From Geopsychrobacteraceae bacterium (GTDB lineage: Bacteria > Desulfobacterota > Desulfuromonadia > Desulfuromonadales > Geopsychrobacteraceae): a DNA stretch of 64,000 nt. This document shows, one piece after another, positions 1 to 8,479 of the stretch (the first letter of the stretch is position 1; the number at the start of each line of letters is the position of its first letter). The notes beneath the pieces were generated by a model. That model ran no database searches. It saw nothing but the letters and a program-made list of their open reading frames with translations, and was not told the origin of the DNA. The stretch lies in assembly GCA_963662315.1 (NCBI GenBank), contig OY759353.1, positions 2,464,001-2,528,000 on the forward strand. The letters are read 5' to 3'. A program made the translations under genes and the position numbers.

Positions 1-542
1 TCGGCAGCGGCCTGAGCTTCCATGGCCTGTTGCATGGTTGGCGAAGGGTTTATGTCCTGAATCTCAACACCACGCAGGTTAATCCCCCAATCAGCCAGGT
101 CATCAGAAATACCAGCTTTCAGTTTCGCCTTGATCTGATCACGGGAACTCAAGGCATCATCAAGACGCATTTCACCAATGATGGAGCGCAATGTGGTCTG
201 AACCAAATTCTGAATGGCCAGATGATAGTTTTCAATACCGTAAACCGCCTTTTCCGGCGAAAGAACATTGATGAAGGCAACAGCATTTACTGCCAGTACG
301 GCATTATCCAGGGAAATACATTCCTGGCGCGCGGTATCAATGATTTGATCCTTGGTGCTGACCTTGTAAGCAACCGTATCAACATAGGGAATGATAATAT
401 TCAGACCAGGATTCAGGGTTTTCTGAAATTTACCCAGTCGTTGTACAACAAATTTTGAGCCCTGGGGAACCAGACGCACCCCTAAAGAAATGGTGACAAT
501 CACCAATATTGCAAACACAACCACAACCACTAAACCTGCCAT
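1..542 (-). CDS. SPFH/band-7 (paraslipin/QmcA-like) membrane protein, 5' part; runs off the left edge
   Basis: Manual translation from ATG 542 after RBS GAAGGAG: MAGLVVVVVFAILVIVTISLGVRLVPQGSKFVVQRLGKFQKTLNPGLNIIIPYVD...; lies directly downstream of an NfeD-like gene. Not in the ORF track. Confidence 0.9.
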   Translation of the reverse strand, partial: MAGLVVVVVFAILVIVTISLGVRLVPQGSKFVVQRLGKFQKTLNPGLNIIIPYVDTVAYKVSTKDQIIDTARQECISLDNAVLAVNAVAFINVLSPEKAVYGIENYHLAIQNLVQTTLRSIIGEMRLDDALSSRDQIKAKLKAGISDDLADWGINLRGVEIQDINPSPTMQQAMEAQAAA

Positions 543-585
543 AAAAACTCCTTCGTCATGTAAAACCATTCTCCAAAATGGCCAG

Positions 586-1065
586 TTATTTGAGCTCTGC
601 CCCCCGATTCACTGTCGGTTCAACCAACAGAGCGTTCCCCAATACGTCTTTAACCATAACCGTATCACCAAGCCGCAGCGGTGATTGAGACAGGCAGGGC
701 CAGGTATCGGTTCCTAATAAGGGCACACTGAAACGTACCTCACCGCGCTCACCCTGCCCGGTCGGCGCTTTAGTGATCAGACCACGCTCGCCGACCACAG
801 CTTCACGTGATAAACCTGCCTTGGTCCTGTCCTTGGCCATGGGCCGAATCCATTTGAACCAGCCAAAGGCAAACAGAATGGAAAAGACGATCCAGACAAA
901 TAACGACCAGGTCAGATCCATATGTATGCCGATAAAAGAGAGCAGCCCCATCAGTAGCGCTGCCAGGCCAAACCAGAAGATGGTAAAAGATGGAATAAAT
1001 ATTTCTGCCAGGACCAGGACCATCCCGAACACCAGCCAATGCCAATAAAGTATCTGAAAATCCAA
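586..1065 (-). CDS. NfeD-like (YbbJ-type) membrane protein, SPFH partner
   Basis: W-x-x-x-G...LAEIFIPSFTIFWFG TM segment and C-terminal OB-fold; TTG start; classical nfeD-SPFH pair. Confidence 0.9.
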   Translation of the reverse strand: MDFQILYWHWLVFGMVLVLAEIFIPSFTIFWFGLAALLMGLLSFIGIHMDLTWSLFVWIVFSILFAFGWFKWIRPMAKDRTKAGLSREAVVGERGLITKAPTGQGERGEVRFSVPLLGTDTWPCLSQSPLRLGDTVMVKDVLGNALLVEPTVNRGAELK

Positions 1066-1091
1066 GTGAATGTCCTTTCTTCAGACAAGAC

Positions 1092-1119
1092 AAAAAAACC
1101 GCTCTTCCGAAGAGAACGG
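1092..1119 (-). terminator. Intrinsic terminator just upstream of nfeD
   Basis: Minus strand CCGTTCTC-TTCG-GAAGAGCGG followed by T7. Confidence 0.75.
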
Positions 1120-1135
1120 AACAGCGGCTACATGC

Positions 1136-1185
1136 AGCACAGGATATGACTTATTCCTGTACAGCCTCCCCCGTTAGGGAAGTAA
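1136..1185 (-). ncRNA. Candidate cis-regulatory RNA (two hairpins; resembles the sul1 motif as I recall it)
   Basis: Minus strand CTTCCC-TAACG-GGGGAG-GCTG-TACAGGA-ATAAGTCATA-TCCTGTG, followed by a terminator and then nfeD. Confidence 0.45.
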
Positions 1186-1259
1186 CTTTAACATTGTCGA
1201 GGCTAATTGACCAGTCTGATTAACAAAACAGACTCATTCTCGTGTACAAAGTAATTCCT

Positions 1260-1592
1260 CTACCAACGCAAGGGACCGTGATAAAGCTCACAACGACGAC
1301 GGCAGTGGCCATGGCGCTGCAAAGCGACCAGCCCCTCTTCCACCTCTGTCCACGATCTGCGGCAATAGATGGTTGGCAGACTGCGTTGTTTTGCCTGTTT
1401 TTTAATACTTTTTGCCATATTGTGACTCAGGTAATTCGTACAACATATGATCAGATCCGCCTTTTTCGGAATCGTTGCCAGGGCGCTTCGATGATTTCTG
1501 GCTGTCCAATGAACTATCTCCTTAGCACCCCACTCCTCTAACCGAGGAGCAAAAGAGTCAATTCGGTCTGCTCCCACAATCAACACAGTCAT
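1260..1592 (-). CDS. DUF2325 family protein
   Basis: MTVLIVGAD...IPKKADLIICCTNYLSHNMAKSIKKQAKQRSLPTIYCRRSW; start moved to ATG 1592 (RBS GGAG). Confidence 0.85.
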   Translation of the reverse strand: MTVLIVGADRIDSFAPRLEEWGAKEIVHWTARNHRSALATIPKKADLIICCTNYLSHNMAKSIKKQAKQRSLPTIYCRRSWTEVEEGLVALQRHGHCRRRCELYHGPLRW

Positions 1593-1649
1593 AAGTAATC
1601 TCCAAATACAATAATGGTCCGCCCTGTTAACAGGACGGACCACGCTCTC

Positions 1650-2144
1650 TTAAGCGGACATTTCACTTGCCAGCAACTTACACCAGGCTTCGATCCGCTC
1701 ATCACTTAGGCCATCCTGATTGTCGGCGTCAAGAGGAAGGCCATTGAAATAATCATCTTCCAAAGCTTCCGAGGTCAGACACTCATAACCTTCAGCTGGC
1801 CACTTGCCGATCAGCTCAGCACCGGCAGCCCGAACTGCCGCCCCCAGCTTGCCCATAGCATCAACAAAGGTATCCGGATAACCCACCTGGTCTCCGAGTC
1901 CGAACAAGGCAACCTTTTTACCCGCCAGGGAGCTGCTTTCGAGTTCAGCAATGGCTCCTTCCCAGTCGTCCTGCAAATCACCTAGGCCCCAGGTCGAACT
2001 CCCCAGAATCAAGACATCGTAATCTTCAAAGGAATTGATCTCGGTTACAGCCTTTACCTCAGCCTGATCAAACATAAGACCAATTTTTTCTGCGGCTTGC
2101 TGCGTATTTCCTGTCGTACTGCCATATATGATTCCAATTTTCAT
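1650..2144 (-). CDS. fldA: Long-chain flavodoxin
   Basis: YGSTTGNT phosphate loop, GSSTWGLGDLQDDW, ALFGLGDQ..YPDTFVDAM. Confidence 0.95.
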   Translation of the reverse strand: MKIGIIYGSTTGNTQQAAEKIGLMFDQAEVKAVTEINSFEDYDVLILGSSTWGLGDLQDDWEGAIAELESSSLAGKKVALFGLGDQVGYPDTFVDAMGKLGAAVRAAGAELIGKWPAEGYECLTSEALEDDYFNGLPLDADNQDGLSDERIEAWCKLLASEMSA

Positions 2145-2163
2145 CGTTGAACCTCCAATCGAT

Positions 2164-2182
2164 TTTGATATCCGTTTTCATT
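2164..2182. promoter_or_regulatory. Fur box overlapping the flavodoxin -10/+1 region
   Basis: TTTGATATCCGTTTTCATT, 7-1-7 TGA-N9-TCA pattern. Confidence 0.7.
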
Positions 2183-2207
2183 TATACTCTCAACAGATGC
2201 TCCCGTC

Positions 2208-2223
2208 TGTGACATCCATCACA
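2208..2223. promoter_or_regulatory. Crp-family operator TGTGA-N6-TCACA upstream of flavodoxin
   Basis: TGTGA-CATCCA-TCACA; centred at -41.5 if TATAAA (2186-2181, minus strand) is the -10. Confidence 0.75.
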
Positions 2224-2406
2224 ACTTCTCTAAAAAATTTCCGGTCTGTTAATGCTGTAAACAAGCATTCCGATGCGCAGAGAAAGTATGTCTTTAAGTG
2301 ATACAACAGGTATTTATACAGTGAAAAATGCGGATAAACAGCTGAAGAAAAAAAGAAACGACTAAGAATCGAGCAGTATAGTTTTCAACGCAAAGACTCA
2401 GGAAGA

Positions 2407-3126
2407 CTAGGCACCATTACAGCGGCATTCACAATCATCTTCGTCAAGCATACTCTCGAGCAGAGCAATGTCGGCAACTTGGACGATTCCACGCTGATAA
2501 GAGACCCCTCCCCTGCCGATCAGACGCTGCAGAGACCGGGTAAATGTTTCCCGGGCAATCCCAAGTTCCTGAGCCGTCATACCAACAGGGCGAACATCGA
2601 TGTGGGCCGCATGACAGCTACTGTTGTTCAAGCTATTTCTGATTTTATGCAAAAGATAGGCAGCAACTTTGGTATCCGCCTTACAACAGCGTGACAGGGT
2701 ACGCATTTCCCTTTCCTGTTCGACCTCGCACGCCATATGTTGAAGCAAATTCCGTTGAAATACCGCCTCGCCTGTTAATAGGTTGCGCACTTTTTCCCTA
2801 GGCCAGAAACAGATTTCCGTAGTCCCCGAACTGACCATCTCACCACCGCAGGTATGTCCGGTAATAAACGATGATAGAAAAAAGAAATCCCCTGCCCCCA
2901 CTTTCCCCATAATGCACTCCTGACCGTCAGGAGCAGGATGGACCATGCGCATCTCACCCGAAATGATAAGAAATAGCCGTTCCGCCAGCTCGTCCTGGCC
3001 AACCCGGCCAAAACGCCCCTTCAACAGACGCAGACGTCCATTATCAGCAACCTCTCGCAAAATGGCGGGCGAAACACCTTGCATCAAAGGAGAACGGCAC
3101 AAAGAAGTATAGATATGATCATTCAT
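2407..3126 (-). CDS. Crp/Fnr-family transcriptional regulator with Cys-rich C-terminal tail
   Basis: cNMP-like beta barrel (LFLIISGEMRMVH...GAGDFF), HTH AQELGIARETFTRSL, tail DDCECRCNGA. Confidence 0.9.
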   Translation of the reverse strand: MNDHIYTSLCRSPLMQGVSPAILREVADNGRLRLLKGRFGRVGQDELAERLFLIISGEMRMVHPAPDGQECIMGKVGAGDFFFLSSFITGHTCGGEMVSSGTTEICFWPREKVRNLLTGEAVFQRNLLQHMACEVEQEREMRTLSRCCKADTKVAAYLLHKIRNSLNNSSCHAAHIDVRPVGMTAQELGIARETFTRSLQRLIGRGGVSYQRGIVQVADIALLESMLDEDDCECRCNGA

Positions 3127-3130
3127 AACA

Positions 3131-3826
3131 CTATGCTGCTTCCAACAGGGTTCGCGGCGAAGCGCCCGCGACCAACCGGGCCGTCACTTGACGCCGGTTA
3201 TCGCAAAAATAACGATACAGCTTCAGGCTACGCGCTGGAGGACCATAGATTCGCCACAAGCAGCGACCTTCCCAGGTCGGGGCCTGACCATCAGCAAATC
3301 CGCGCACATCTTTTGCTGGATAGCCGAGGAAGAAACCGACCTCATCAGGTGATTCATAATGGCTGAAGCGATAAGTCAAATATTGCAGACTGCTTTCAAG
3401 ACAATCAGGTGCAGGATAATTACACCTCTTCAGAAAAGACTGCATGGTCATGCCTTGCAGACGTTTTTCAAGCAGTTCATGCCGGTACAACAGCAACGAT
3501 ACGCCATCACTATCTTCACGCAGAACCGCAACAGACAAAACACTGCCTGCTAAAACCTCCAAACCATACTGACGCCACAACCTGAAGATGGAACGACCAC
3601 AGGGCAACTCTCTATTGACGATGCGGATCAAATTTGCCGGTTTCGCCCCGGCAATAACTTCGGCGGCTGAAGCGACCAAAAATGTCTCAAGACATTCCCG
3701 AGGTGCGGGACAAAGACCAACGAGATCAACCCAGGTCAACTCACGCTCAACCGCTTCCTGCTTAAGCTTACAAATAGAACCCTCTGTTTGAGATCGGCAA
3801 CAGCCGGAATTCTTATTATTCATCAA
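3131..3826 (-). CDS. DUF3793 family protein
   Basis: AEVIAGAKPANL, LLLYR, PDEVGFFLGYPAKDVRGF, WRIYG motifs; Cys-rich N-terminus. Confidence 0.85.
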   Translation of the reverse strand: MMNNKNSGCCRSQTEGSICKLKQEAVERELTWVDLVGLCPAPRECLETFLVASAAEVIAGAKPANLIRIVNRELPCGRSIFRLWRQYGLEVLAGSVLSVAVLREDSDGVSLLLYRHELLEKRLQGMTMQSFLKRCNYPAPDCLESSLQYLTYRFSHYESPDEVGFFLGYPAKDVRGFADGQAPTWEGRCLWRIYGPPARSLKLYRYFCDNRRQVTARLVAGASPRTLLEAA

Positions 3827-3842
3827 TCCATCTCTTTAGGAA

Positions 3843-3861
3843 ATTGAAAACCATTATCATG
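3843..3861. promoter_or_regulatory. Fur box upstream of the DUF3793-crp operon
   Basis: ATTGAAAACCATTATCATG, close to the Fur consensus. Confidence 0.8.
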
Positions 3862-3959
3862 TTCTAAATAAACATTTAAGAAAAATCAAGATTTTTAACA
3901 TTATAGATACAATACCACAGCTGCCCTTGTGAGTCTCCTCTACCTAGGCCAGGTCGGGG

Positions 3960-5015
3960 CTAAAAAGCAAGAGCAAGCTGGCAAAGAACTGATTCTGCAG
4001 TCTCTCCACTGCCGCCTTTGTTTATGGCGTAGTCATCATCCTGAGAGAGCTCTACAGCGATAGACAGCTCTGTTGTTATTTCATAATTCGCAGACACCAG
4101 CCAACGCTCTTCCGGTAAACCCAGAAACGCTGCTTCTCGCGTCCCTTGATACCCCAAGGCGACAGATGCCGCATGATCATTCACCATAAAACGGTAGGAT
4201 ACTTCAACATTCCACGTGGCTGGTTGGTCATTACTGTCCGCAAGATAATCATCATCCAATGCCGCCAGATACTCACCAACGAAAGAAAAATCCGCGATGC
4301 CGACAATAATACTCCCTGTTGCTCCGGCAGTATAATCTTCAACCGTATCCAAAGTTTCGGAAAAGCCCCCCGAGGCATTGAGGTTACTGATATATCCAGC
4401 GATTATATCTGCACTGAAAGAATCGCCAGCAAACTGATAACCAAGGGAGAGCCCCCAGGAATCGACCATATCATCGGCTTTTCCCGTTTTAGTGACATCG
4501 CTATTAAAGGCGAATATACTGCCGTGAAACCCCGCTCCGGAAAGATCAATCGTTACGGCCCCTTCCCTGACCTCCCCCAGTTCAAGGGTTAAAGGATCAC
4601 TGATCATATTCGTCTCGAAGACCCCAAAAGGGACATATAACTTACCCGCGGTTATCTGGTAGTGAAGAGCTTCCAGGTTCCCCAGAGTGATACCACCTTC
4701 ATCTACAAAAACCCCTTCCTCGCCATCTTCTTCCCATTTCAAGACGGCAAAGCCTGCGACCATGTCATTGAGCCCGGCCTCAATACCGATCTCGACATTG
4801 GTCAAATCAAGATCACTGGTCCGCGCGCCGTCATAATCATCGGTGTAGCTCGCTTCAACTTCGATAACACCTGAGATATCCACTCTGGACAACCATGTCG
4901 CTTCCATCTGTTGCTCCAGAGCACTGACCCGCTCCGCAATACTACTGTCTGCGGCACCTGCCATGTTTGCGAACAAAACAACCAACAAAACCCCACTCAA
5001 AACAACTGCCTTCAT
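3960..5015 (-). CDS. LbtU-family outer-membrane porin (iron-uptake associated)
   Basis: Signal peptide, short coiled coil, ISGVIEVEA, AGKLYVPFGVFETNMISDPLTLELGE, C-terminal Phe. Confidence 0.8.
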   Translation of the reverse strand: MKAVVLSGVLLVVLFANMAGAADSSIAERVSALEQQMEATWLSRVDISGVIEVEASYTDDYDGARTSDLDLTNVEIGIEAGLNDMVAGFAVLKWEEDGEEGVFVDEGGITLGNLEALHYQITAGKLYVPFGVFETNMISDPLTLELGEVREGAVTIDLSGAGFHGSIFAFNSDVTKTGKADDMVDSWGLSLGYQFAGDSFSADIIAGYISNLNASGGFSETLDTVEDYTAGATGSIIVGIADFSFVGEYLAALDDDYLADSNDQPATWNVEVSYRFMVNDHAASVALGYQGTREAAFLGLPEERWLVSANYEITTELSIAVELSQDDDYAINKGGSGETAESVLCQLALAF

Positions 5016-5099
5016 GTTTAATGACCTTTCTTCAACAAACTCATCTGGTTATTGTCAATATTTATGCCAGGCAAATTAGGCGATGTTCGCAAAGAAAAC

Positions 5100-5115
5100 T
5101 GTGACAAGAATCACA
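5100..5115. promoter_or_regulatory. Crp-family operator TGTGA-N6-TCACA upstream of the porin
   Basis: TGTGA-CAAGAA-TCACA; centred at -41.5 relative to TAATTT (5078-5073, minus strand). Confidence 0.75.
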
Positions 5116-5127
5116 AAGGTTAATTAT

Positions 5128-5146
5128 TTTGATTTTCGTTTTCATT
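5128..5146. promoter_or_regulatory. Fur box upstream of the porin
   Basis: TTTGATTTTCGTTTTCATT, differs at two positions from the flavodoxin box. Confidence 0.7.
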
Positions 5147-5247
5147 TTTATGGTGCTCGGTTCAGAATTAATATTTTACTGGCATTAAGCCTATCCATAA
5201 GGTATCTGTTGCAGTTACATAAATTGCATTTCCAAGAGAAGGACAAA

Positions 5248-6075
5248 ATGATCACAGCAGGTAATTTTCATAAATTAAGAATCCTCCGAATCGACCATTC
5301 CGGAGCCTGGCTTGAAGCAGAAGACCAGGAGATTCTACTCCCACGTAAAGAATGTCCTGCGGAGATTGCTCCAGGGGTTGAAGTCGAGGTTTTTATTTAT
5401 GTCGACCGTAATCAGCAGATACTGGCAACCCGCAAAAAACCAGTTGCCAAGGTCGGAGAATTTGCGCTGCTCCAAGTGACCAGCATTGGCCCTCATGGAG
5501 CTTTTCTTGATTGGGGAATAGGCAAGGACCTGTTGGCTCCATTTAACGAACAAACCCAAAAAATGCTTGAAGGGCGACGCTATCTGGTCCGCATTCTCCA
5601 TGACAAACAGCAGCGCCCCATTGCCTCAAGTAAAATCGACAGATTTCTGCTTGCGGAAAATCATGACTTAACCCAGGGCGACGAAGTTGAAGTGATCATT
5701 TGGGCCTTTACTGACCTAGGGGCCAAAGTCATCATCAATAACACTTATGAAGGCCTGATTTACCAGACCGACCTGCCCCCCCATCTGAAAAAGGGCGACT
5801 TGATAACCGCGTATGTCGGTAGAGTTCGTGACGATGGCAAACTGGATGTAGTGCTGCATCGCACCGGCGCTGCCGGACGCGATGATGCCAGGGAAGTTCT
5901 TCTCGACGCACTCACCACATCCGGTTTTCTACCGCTCCATGATCAAAGCCCGCCGGAATTAATCCGCAGCCGCCTGGGCCTGAGCAAGAAGGCATTTAAA
6001 AAAGCGACCGGCATGCTCTATAAAGAAGGATTCATTGAACTGACACATCAGGGGATTAAGCTGCTGAAAAAATAA
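5248..6075 (+). CDS. CvfB-family S1 RNA-binding protein
   Basis: Tandem S1 domains (GAFLDWGIGKDLLAP) and C-terminal winged helix (LSKKAFKKATGMLYK); start moved to ATG 5248. Confidence 0.9.
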   Translation: MITAGNFHKLRILRIDHSGAWLEAEDQEILLPRKECPAEIAPGVEVEVFIYVDRNQQILATRKKPVAKVGEFALLQVTSIGPHGAFLDWGIGKDLLAPFNEQTQKMLEGRRYLVRILHDKQQRPIASSKIDRFLLAENHDLTQGDEVEVIIWAFTDLGAKVIINNTYEGLIYQTDLPPHLKKGDLITAYVGRVRDDGKLDVVLHRTGAAGRDDAREVLLDALTTSGFLPLHDQSPPELIRSRLGLSKKAFKKATGMLYKEGFIELTHQGIKLLKK

Positions 6076-6076
6076 C

Positions 6077-6481
6077 TCAGCGGGCGTCCAGTACCTTGGT
6101 AATTTCCACTGGCAATTCAGGCCGCCCTTTAGCATTCAGGGCGGTTCCAATCAAATTTGCCTTCAGGATCAATTTTTTTTCCGGCAACGAGTAAATGTCC
6201 TGGCGAAAGCTGAACCGTAATGGGGTAATCCGATCCATAATAAGTCCCACCATGAAACGATCACCACTGAGCAGCGAGCGCTTATAATCAATTTCAGCTT
6301 TAATAATAATCAGGTTGATGCCCCTGTTGAGAAAATCAGTAAACCCAAGGCCTAGAGACTTCAGGTATTCATGCCGACAATGTTCAAGATAGTTCAGATA
6401 AGCGGCATGGTTCACATGCTGGTTCATGTCGCATTCATAGTCACGAACGGCAAACTCCAGGACAAATGGGTAGTCTTTCAT
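6077..6481 (-). CDS. Acyl-CoA thioesterase (YbgC/4HBT hotdog family)
   Basis: VRDYECDMNQHVNHAAYLNYLEHCR; start moved to ATG 6481. Confidence 0.9.
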   Translation of the reverse strand: MKDYPFVLEFAVRDYECDMNQHVNHAAYLNYLEHCRHEYLKSLGLGFTDFLNRGINLIIIKAEIDYKRSLLSGDRFMVGLIMDRITPLRFSFRQDIYSLPEKKLILKANLIGTALNAKGRPELPVEITKVLDAR

Positions 6482-6603
6482 TTCGCTCTCCTTCGCTGAA
6501 TCTCCCGGCATTCAGCCACAGGCTTGTCAGAAAAGCAACATTTCCGATCAGTGCAGGGAATTTTGCTTACGGTAAACTTACGGTAAAAAATAGTTCTTTA
6601 TTC

Positions 6604-6632
6604 TTGACAGTAACAGTAGAGATTCTTATATT
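6604..6632 (+). promoter_or_regulatory. Sigma-70 promoter of the rrf2-larE operon
   Basis: TTGACA-17 nt-TATATT, then RBS AAGGAG. Confidence 0.65.
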
Positions 6633-6654
6633 TTTCTATAAGGAGATTATCACT

Positions 6655-7131
6655 ATGAAACTTTCTACAAAAAGTCGTTACGGAGTCCGGGCCATGTTTG
6701 ATATGGCCTATCATGCAGGCAACCTTCCTGCCCAGATCAAAGATATCTCGCGGCGACAGAATATATCACCGCGCTATCTTGAGCAAATTTTTCAGGATCT
6801 TAAAAAGGCCGGACTGCTAAAGAGTCGGCGTGGTCCGCAAGGTGGATATACCTTGGCCAGGACAGCGGATAAGATTACTGTAAAAGAAGTTATCCTGGCT
6901 GCAGAAGGCGAACTGATGTTGGTGAACTGCATCAAGGGGCTACGCAAAGATGGAGAAGCGCCTCCGACCTGCGAGTTCGACAATCAGTGCCTGACCCAAC
7001 ACATCTGGGCTGAAGGAAGTCGGATTCTTGGTGATTATTTCGCTTCAATCACCCTTAAGGACCTGTGTGACCGCGGTCAGGAACTCGGCCTTGAAAAAGA
7101 GTTGGATCATCGCTTTATGTATTTTATCTAA
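6655..7131 (+). CDS. Rrf2-family transcriptional regulator (three Cys in the sensor region, IscR-like)
   Basis: MKLSTKSRYGVRAM...YLEQIF..LKKAGLLKSRRGPQGGYTLA; start ATG 6655. Confidence 0.92.
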   Translation: MKLSTKSRYGVRAMFDMAYHAGNLPAQIKDISRRQNISPRYLEQIFQDLKKAGLLKSRRGPQGGYTLARTADKITVKEVILAAEGELMLVNCIKGLRKDGEAPPTCEFDNQCLTQHIWAEGSRILGDYFASITLKDLCDRGQELGLEKELDHRFMYFI

Positions 7132-7133
7132 TC

Positions 7134-7949
7134 ATGACTCTGGAACAGAAATATACCAGGCTTAAAGCGCTTCTCACGGAACTGGGACACGTTTCTGTTG
7201 CCTTTTCAGGTGGCGTCGATTCGACACTGTTACTAAAAATTGCCAGTGACACATTAGGATCAGACAAAGTTCTGGCATTAACGGCTGTTGCCCCGATCAT
7301 CCCTGAATTTGAGATTGAGCAAAGCAAGAAACTGGCGCAAAGATTCGGGGTTGTCCATCGCCTGATAGCTAACCAAGCTCTGGATAACCCTGAATTTGTC
7401 AAAAACTCTCCCGATCGCTGCTATCATTGCAAGCGTGCCATCTTCTCCCGCTTTTTTGACGAGCTGAAACTGTTTGGTTTTTCTGTTCTCCTTGATGGAA
7501 CCAACCTTGACGACATGACCGACTTTCGTCCAGGGCACAAGGCACTCAAAGAACTCGGCGTGCGCTCGCCGTTATTGGAAGCGGAGTTGACCAAGCAGGA
7601 CATCAGGGATTTGAGTCAGCAGTTGGAATTGCCGACCTGGAATATGCAGCCCTTAGCCTGCCTAGCCTCCCGTTTTCCATACGGGACACCAATTACCCTG
7701 GATAAACTTGAGAAGATCGAACGTTGCGAAAACTGGTTGCGGGAGCGGTCTTTCCATAATTACCGGGTACGTTGCCACGATCGCCTGGCCCGCCTTGAAA
7801 TTGACCCCGTGGATTTTCCACGCCTGCTGTCAGGCTTCTTGCGTGAGGAACTTGTCCAGGTTTTCAAGGAGTATGGCTTTGACTATGTCGCCCTCGACCT
7901 CCAGGGATTTCGCAGCGGCAGCATGAACGAAACTTTGGATAACGTCTGA
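7134..7949 (+). CDS. larE: LarE-family ATP-dependent sulfur transferase
   Basis: PP-loop AFSGGVDS, RCYHCK, DFRPG, ACLASRFPYG, GFRSGSMN. Confidence 0.9.
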   Translation: MTLEQKYTRLKALLTELGHVSVAFSGGVDSTLLLKIASDTLGSDKVLALTAVAPIIPEFEIEQSKKLAQRFGVVHRLIANQALDNPEFVKNSPDRCYHCKRAIFSRFFDELKLFGFSVLLDGTNLDDMTDFRPGHKALKELGVRSPLLEAELTKQDIRDLSQQLELPTWNMQPLACLASRFPYGTPITLDKLEKIERCENWLRERSFHNYRVRCHDRLARLEIDPVDFPRLLSGFLREELVQVFKEYGFDYVALDLQGFRSGSMNETLDNV

Positions 7950-8049
7950 TCACTTTTTCTCCAGCAGTCCCAACACAATGAATCGCTTATCTTTTTCATC
8001 ATAATATGGTAAAAGCACTGACAGTTCTTGCCTTACTTTAGCCGCAGGA

Positions 8050-8478
8050 GTGCTCATGCCAAGGAGTGGTGCTTTACTAGCAGTCTGTTTCGTCAGTGGC
8101 CTTTTGGGAGGGGTTGCGAAAAGCCTGTTGCTGTGGGCTTGTTCCAACTGGGGTGTTTTTTCCTTTATTAAAGTCAGCCTGTCCCAGCAATTATCCCTTA
8201 CACATTTCTACCCAGCCATGTTCATTGGTGGCCTGTGGGGACTGTTTTATTTCCTGTTTGTCGGTACGCCCCGCCAGCGTCGTCACTGGATCCGTAAAGG
8301 CTTCTGGATTTCTCTGATACCATCATTGGTTGCTGTTTTCTACCTGTATCCATCTGTCTATCAACACGGTTACGGCGGGGTAAAACTTGGTTGGATGATG
8401 CCTGCAGTGATTATTATCGCTAACCTGTGCTGGGGATTCTTCACCGGATTCTTCACCCGTCTGCTCTGGGGACGCTGA
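8050..8478 (+). CDS. Hypothetical four-TM membrane protein
   Basis: Hydrophobic helices, GGLWG motif; tightly coupled to the following nuclease gene. Confidence 0.7.
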   Translation: MLMPRSGALLAVCFVSGLLGGVAKSLLLWACSNWGVFSFIKVSLSQQLSLTHFYPAMFIGGLWGLFYFLFVGTPRQRRHWIRKGFWISLIPSLVAVFYLYPSVYQHGYGGVKLGWMMPAVIIIANLCWGFFTGFFTRLLWGR

Positions 8479-8479
8479 C

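Noticed and set aside
5083..5247. Long N-terminal extensions in the ORF track (cvfB, rrf2, 12154, dctP, RAYT, rng, meaB)
   Set aside because: They run through promoter or operator DNA; an RBS and family-typical N-terminus support the downstream starts used here
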